DNA of 64,000 nucleotides from positions 332,816,001 through 332,880,000 of the forward strand of contig OZ024742.1 in the NCBI GenBank assembly GCA_964016885.1, given 5' to 3'. The notes beneath the pieces were generated by a model that did no database searches, was not told the origin of the DNA, and worked only from the letters and a program-made list of their open reading frames with translations. The position numbers were made by a program, and so were the translations under genes. Positions 58,201 through 64,000 of this stretch are shown one piece after another. How positions within the stretch are numbered: the stretch's first letter is position 1; every line of letters starts with the position of its first letter. Origin of the DNA: Eledone cirrhosa (lineage: Eukaryota).

Positions 58201-58604
58201 ATAGGCCAGAGGCGGTGATGGAGAACAGTCAGGTGAAGGTGCTGTGGGATTTTAGGATACAGACGGACAAAAAACTGGAACACAATAGACCTGACCTGGT
58301 GGTTGTGGACAAAGAAAAAAGATCGTGCCTGATTGTGGATGTGGCCTGCCCGTTCGACACGAGAGTGCAAGAGAAGGAGAGGGAGAAAATTAACCGATAC
58401 CAGGACCTAAAGTGGGAGGTGAAAAGGATTTGGAACTGCCATGAAGTCAAAGTGATCCCGATTGTCATAGGCGCACTGGGGACTATCTCCAAAGGTTTCC
58501 AGGGATGGTTAAAGAAAATCGGCCCCTTCACGCTTTTTGGAACGCTTCAAAAGGCATGCTTGCTTGGAACGGCAAGAACCCTCCGATACGTCCTGAATAT
58601 CTGA
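55212..58604 (+). CDS. Intact R4/Dong-clade non-LTR retrotransposon protein (RT, CCHC knuckle, restriction-like endonuclease), 1130 aa
   Basis: WKSPGPDG, YRPITCL, GIFQGDSLSPLLF, LFMDDLK, CRICGEREETVAHIVSEC, RPDLVVVDK..IVDVACP; the 3' UTR ends in (TAA)n, the known Dong target. Confidence 0.95.
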   Translation: METRTSCDRLSPNRCPLAQQQEPDCQRNTADVGGRRRRKGARTNWTKELNRTVMQCYLKSNPKERGYRRRMHNIWNEIGLFKLDEQKLAGQARVIRTNGWISELELEELSRENGLEMAGVVCQTSEPAGNEGEEVLRAEEPPEADNDLNTEINNTWNRDTATEEMNADGLGQDSVDILNLVVDELNNDSGRPMNLRFVDRKKLKETTAKVNKVIPYLEARSLHQCNNILKATANTVRKLLGIKARGNNRQERAEPWWKKRLSGQIGEMRNDIGKLESLLNGTLKNIGTKNRLEIKYKTRSKKLNIIIEELKQRIVAKSAKIRRYENRVSQYKQNRMFDNNQKMLFGQLEGKERGTDLIPGAEQAKTFWRGIWEQDVRHNAQAGWIETVQREIGEQAQQQTDLSITVETLKGQAKKLTNWKSPGPDGVQGYWIKHLTSLHPKLTAMFNDCLVSGEVPEWLTKGTTVLIMKDRIKGNDVTNYRPITCLPVMWKLLTSIVSEEIYHHLHTNNLLPDEQKGCRKKSRGTKDQLLIDKMVMGNCRRRHTDLAMGWIDYRKAFDMVPHSWITKSLEIFRVADNIRELLGRSMGSWETELTSTGVSLGSVKIKRGIFQGDSLSPLLFVLALMPLTIMLRKVRAGYKLGRGELTINHLLFMDDLKLFGKSEKELDVLVDTVRIFSSDICMQFGIGKCGVIVMRRGRLSRSNGIQIPTGEMIKEIDSEEGYKYLGVLEADGIKNKKMKELLRTEYIRRVRSVLKSHLNSRNAISAVNSRAVSIIRYSAGILRWNVAEQKEMDRKTRKLLTIYNMFHKRSDVDRLYLRRSEGGRGLISIEDCVQMEKNNLYKYVTYSKEPMLRAVLKEGRVGQGIPKEEITSRRKSSLKGKSLHSTFFEKTEFRDPQTWNWLRRGDLKKATEGMLMAAQEQALKTKWLKHHIYKEEASPLCRICGEREETVAHIVSECKHLAQTHYKGWRHDVMGRVIHWHLCKVNNLPHSEKWYEHRPEAVMENSQVKVLWDFRIQTDKKLEHNRPDLVVVDKEKRSCLIVDVACPFDTRVQEKEREKINRYQDLKWEVKRIWNCHEVKVIPIVIGALGTISKGFQGWLKKIGPFTLFGTLQKACLLGTARTLRYVLNI

Positions 58605-58690
58605 GGCTGCAGGTAGTGGCTTGATATTCAATCCAACGGACTTTCCAGTTAACCAACATCAATGACTGAGATTCAAGGAATAACAATAAC

Positions 58691-58720
<30 letters not shown>

Positions 58721-58721
<1 letters not shown>

Positions 58722-59405
58722 CGCACCATATTTACAAGCAGGAGGCTAGCCCACTGTGCAGGATCTGTGGAGAGAGAGAGGAGACCGTGGCTCACATTGT
58801 GTCCGAGTGTAAACACCTAGCCCAGACCCACTATAAGGGCTGGAGACACGATGTGATGGGCAGGGTGATCCACTGGCACCTGTGCAAAGTAAACAATTTA
58901 CCACATTCTGAGAAATGGTATGAGTATAGGCCAGAGGCGGTGATGGAGAACAATCAGGTGAAGGTGCTGTGGGATTTTAGGATACAGACGGACAAAAAAC
59001 TGAAACACAGTAGACCTGACCTGGTGGTTGTGGACAAAGAAAAAAGATCGTGTCTGATTGTGGATGTGGCCTGCCCTTTCGACACGAGAGTGCAAGAGAA
59101 GGAGAGGGAGAAAATTAACCGATACCAGGACCTAAAGTGGGAGGTGAAAAGGATTTGGAACTGCCATGAAGTCAAAGTGATCCCGATTGTCATAGGCGCA
59201 CTGGGGACTATCTCCAAAAGTTTCCAGGGATGGTTAAAGAAAATCGGCCCCTTCACGCTTTTTGGAACGCTTCAAAAGGCATGCTTGCTGGGAACAGCAA
59301 GAACCCTCCGATACGTCCTGAATATCTAAGGCTGCAGTTAGTGGCTTGATATTTATTCCAACGGACTTTCCAGTTAACCAACATCAATGACTGAGATTCA
59401 AGGAA
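58721..59405 (+). mobile_element. 5'-truncated second copy of the same Dong/R4 element
   Basis: Near-identical to ~58000-58680, bounded by (TAA)n on both sides. Confidence 0.95.
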
Positions 59406-59412
59406 TAACAAC

Positions 59413-59450
<38 letters not shown>

Positions 59451-59451
<1 letters not shown>

Positions 59452-62400
59452 TTCATTCTTAAGCCACGCAATGCTCACATTAAGGAACCACTCATGATAA
59501 TAACAATTTAAAAAACAACAAAAAAGAAAACCCCGTGACCAAGAAATACCGGGATGGCGGTCGGCGGGGAATAGCCGTGTCTCTAGGGGACGACGACCCC
59601 TCTAGTCTTGGTTGACACTCGTCCTAGAAGTGGTAACACAAAATGATTACCCCTTGGTGGATAAGGATAAAACGCGACAAAATAAAGTAAATGTTTAATG
59701 ATAAAATCTCATACCGGATCGGCCGTCACCCGGGTCAAAAAGGGCAACGTCCCTCAGAGAGGAACCAGACTGGGGTCGAAAAATCAGCTAATGGTTCAAA
59801 CCTTCCCATCACTTCGGAGCTGGAGACCTCTCATAACCGGAATACTCCTACTGTTGGCCCTCCATGCTCACCACAAAGAAATCCAAAGAAAAAGAGAGAA
59901 AAATGGTCAAGGCAAGATAATAAAGAAGTCCTTGAGGCTTTCTACACTGCCATGTACTACCCATCAAACACATCGAAATCAGAACAGACATACATCAACT
60001 AGAAAAAGAAACATCCCGAAAACAGAGGCTATATTGACGGTAACAAACGAGCCAATATACGAAGAAATATTGTAAAAAAAAAGTTACTAACTGATATAGA
60101 AATTGATCAGATCAAGCTATTAGCACAATGTCAGCGAAGGGAAAATGAAACATGTGTCAGTGAAAACGAGGTAAATTTTAACACTTCGAATCCCAGGGTT
60201 GAGGCGGAATCACTGACAACAGAACAAATTAAAGAAAGGATCGAAAAAGTGGAGGGAGTACATGCTCAAGATGAAACTACAAATGAAAACAATGAGATCG
60301 TAAATGATAACGAAATGAATGAGAATGAACTTGCCAACTTGAAGGATGAAATTATGATCGAATGGATGAAAATGAAAGAATCTGACATGGGGGAACGAGA
60401 CACCCTCCCTAAGATCCAGAACTCCAAACAGAACCAAAAGATAATACACAAGACTAACATAATTCTCAAAAATATTATCATCACAAACAAACTAAACATT
60501 ACTGATTTAAATCATCTCTATTATGCATCGGCTAAAGTCACCACTCACTTATGTGGAGTGAAGATGAAAAAACAAAGGAATTCCCACAAGAAATCTACTT
60601 GGCAAGAGAACATCAATCGCCAAATAAACCTTCTCCGATCTGACATAGAGATTTTAACAAACTATAAATTAGGTGAACATGTTAAACAAACTAAACTTAG
60701 AAAATTGAAAAGAAAGTACAGTATAAAATCAACAAGTGACATAGACATGCTGATAGAAATAATCAAGCAAAAAGTCTCGGCCAAAGCTGCTCGTATAAGA
60801 CGTTTTGTAAAACGATCTAGATTCTATAAGGACAATAATATGTTCAAAAGCCAAACCAAAGAAACTTCTACAGAAAAATTGGTGTCAACATTAACTGCTA
60901 AATCAATACCACCCAAGGAGGAAGTGCAAGAATTCTGGGAAAAGATCTATCCCGAAGAAAAAATTCATAATATACATAACCAAGGATAGATAGACAAATG
61001 AAAGATACAGCTCACCTTGAGGAACAAATATGGGAAAATATAACAGTTGAACAGTTGCGTTTGGCTCTAAGAAAAACCAGCAAATGGAAATCCCCAGGAA
61101 AAGACAAAATACATAATTTGTTGATAAATGCCTTCACAGAGTCTCATGAGCTGTTAGCCCAACTTTACAATGAAATAGTTAAGGAGCCAGAAAAGATACC
61201 ATCATGACTAATTAACGGCATTACATTCCTGCTTCCGAAGAATGATGAGACAAACAATCCCAAAAATTACAGACCGATAACTTGCTTTACCACAATGTAT
61301 AACATTTTAACATCAGTCCTAAATGAGTATACATATGACCACCTGATAACAAATGACCTATTTCCCATTGAGCAGAAAGGGTGTTAACGAGGCTCATATG
61401 GCTGTAAGGATCAGCTTTTGGTTAACAAAATGATACTGGAAGATTGTCATAATAGACACAAAAATCTATCAATTGCTTGGATAGATTATAAAAAAAGCAT
61501 TCGATAGTTTATCACACAGTTGGATTGAAAAATCTTTAGAGATTTTTAAAATATCTACCGTTGTCAGGAGGTTTTTGACATTCAGTATGCAGACGTGTAA
61601 AACGACACTCCTTTTGAATAGTGAAAAAAAGTCACTGGAAGCTGGAGCAGTTAATATTAATTGTGGAATTTTTCAGGGTGACTCTTTATCACCGCTTTTA
61701 TTCTGCATCGCACTTATACCATTAAGTAAAATGCTCAATGAAACAAAGCATGGATATAGAGTCTATGACAAAACCATTAATCACTTGTTCTACATGGACG
61801 ACCTGAAACTATTTGCAAAAAATGATGAACAATTGCAAGGGCTATTATCCACTGTGGAGCAGTTCAGTGATGACATTAAAATGGAGTTTGGACTAGATAA
61901 ATGCGCCAAAGCAACGTTCACCAGAGGAAAGCTGCTTAAGTGTTCAGATATTAATCTTGATCGGGGGAATGTGATAAGAGAACTTGATCAAAAGGAAACT
62001 TACAAATATCTAGGCGTTTGTGAAGGAGACGGAATCAAGCACTCGACAATGATGGAAAGGATAAGGAAGGAATATTACCGCAGAGTAAGAGCAATCTTAA
62101 GAACAGAATTGAATGCAATAAACACGCTTGCCATACCAGTAGTAACCTACAGTTACAATGTCATCAACTGGTCAAGCACAGAAATCCGTAGAATCGATAC
62201 AAATTTAGAAAATTCTTAACCATGCACAGAATGCATCACCCTAAGGCAGATACAGATAGACTATATCTCTCTAGGAAAGAAGGGGGACGTGGGTTAATCA
62301 AGTCAGACATTGCGTTGAAAACTGCAACAATTCGATTATCTACATATCTAAGGGAGGCACATGATTGGATTATCAAACTCGTTTTGAAACACGAAAGCAT

Positions 62401-63470
62401 CAAAAGATCATACTCCATTACAAAAGATGCACAAAGATACAGTAATGGACTACACATTTCAGAAGTCCCATTTACTGCTGAAATGGAAAACACAGAAAAA
62501 GCAAAGCAGGTAAAAGTAACTGCAAAGAAAGAACTGCTACAGAAACTGGCTAAGAAATGGCAAGAAAAGCCTCTGTATGGAAAATACCCAGAACGAGCTA
62601 ACAATCCTGATGTTGACAAAATTTTAACCCATCAGTGGTTGGCATCCTCTGGACTGAAATCGGAGACTGAAGGACTGATTATATCAGCACAAGATCAGTG
62701 TCTGCCAACACAAAATTACCAAGCCAACATAATAAAAAATAGATGCAGCCTATTATGCCATGTATGCAAAAAACAACCAGAGACCATTGACCATATAATT
62801 TCAATGTGCAGTCCTATAGCTCCAACCGAATACTTAAACAGGCATGACAGAGCTGCACAATATATACATTGGATAATGTGTAAGCATTTTGACCTGCCCC
62901 ATCAAAAGAATTGGTGGGAGCAGCAACCACCTCCCATACTTGAAAAAGATCACATCTCAATCTTGTGGAACCTTAGCATCCAAACAGACAGAAAAATAGA
63001 TGCAAATAGACCTGATATAATATTGAAGGACTTTAAAAAGAGGGTATGCCTGCTGATTGATATGTCCGTTCCAATAGACAAGAATGTATCTATAAAAACA
63101 TTTGAAAACTTGTGCAAGTATAAGGACCTGGAGATAGAAATTGGAAAAATGTGGAAATTGAGAACTAAAACAATACCAGTGGTTGTAGGCGCTCTAGGAA
63201 TGATACCTAAGGGGTCTAATGATTACTTAACGCAAATTCCAGGAAACCCGCGTATAGGAGAAATACAAAAGATAGTACTAATGGGAACTGCCCATATACT
63301 AAGGAAGATTCTGTCAATATAAGTACATCACAAGTCTAAACACCTAAAGACGCATGTCTGAGTATGTATGTTCTTTCTTGAACATGGAGGACCTTGTTGT
63401 CTCTTGAGGTCACTGGTTGTGACTTGGTGATAACTCGTATGAACATAAAGCAAGATAAATGCAGCTGTGT
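59451..63470 (+). mobile_element. Full-length but disrupted R4/Dong element of a different family
   Basis: WKSPGKD, GIFQGDSLSPLLF, LFYMDDLK, CHVCKKQPETIDHIISMC, RPDIILKD..LIDMSVP; several stops and frameshifts; (TAA)n on both sides. Confidence 0.92.
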
Positions 63471-64000
63471 AATAATAATAATAATAGAAAACGCACATGG
63501 TGGATATATATCGTTATGGAATTGCTCCCGTAAGTTTTTGATTTTTACTTATTTAAAACAACTGTGATAGAATAATTCTTATTACAAATGAAGTATAAAA
63601 TTACTGGGTTTTTTTACGCTCAGCAAGTCATAACGCATGACTTTACGGCATAGGGCCCCAATATTTAATATTTAATTTTGGATCAGAAATGTTATAGTCG
63701 AAAAAGAGGAAAATGGCAAAATGGCTAAATGGCTAAGTGGACAGACAGGCAAATAATTTCACCACCAACACCACCACCGCCACCATCATCATTACCACGC
63801 CAAAAACTCTAGTCAAGTTACCTCAACTTCTATTTCTACTTCAACTTCAACACCATCACTACAGTACTACGATCACATCACCACCACCACTGCCTCATTA
63901 TCGCTACCGCCGCTATTCTCTCCCACTACCTCCTGCTAAGACATGCATCGCAGTGTCCCCACTAAAAGAGGAAAGCATCGAAAGATATAAATAGACTGAT

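Overview
AT-rich, microsatellite-dense eukaryotic DNA. The tRNA-derived SINEs point to an octopod cephalopod, which is an inference and not a database result. Almost all short ORFs in the supplied track are microsatellite or antisense artefacts. The only intact long ORF (55212-58604) is an R4/Dong-type non-LTR retrotransposon (RT + CCHC + restriction-like endonuclease), the first of a tandem stack of such elements separated by (TAA)n. The first ~47 kb is dominated by Penelope-like elements (PLEs) and their non-coding derivatives, nearly all sitting in (TA)n tracts: a near-complete Neptune-like copy, Hydra-like GIY-YIG copies and another GIY-YIG fragment. Reading by eye gives about 16 type I hammerhead ribozyme folds plus 2 degenerate ones, several with non-canonical cores (U3:A8, U4A, G12U). 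The most striking pattern is a recurring fold-back architecture shared by many unrelated families: (TA)n, a tail, an arm, a hairpin turn, an inverted arm that stops at a fixed family-specific site, then (TA)n. In several copies the turn falls on the ribozyme's own hairpins, and many tails share a GAGYRC-like motif about 20-45 nt beyond the stop site. Also present: RTE, CR1 and mariner relics, a Helitron-like 3' end, a template-switch palindrome and a weak candidate chain of host exons at 48-54 kb. Coordinates were read by eye and may be off by a few bases.
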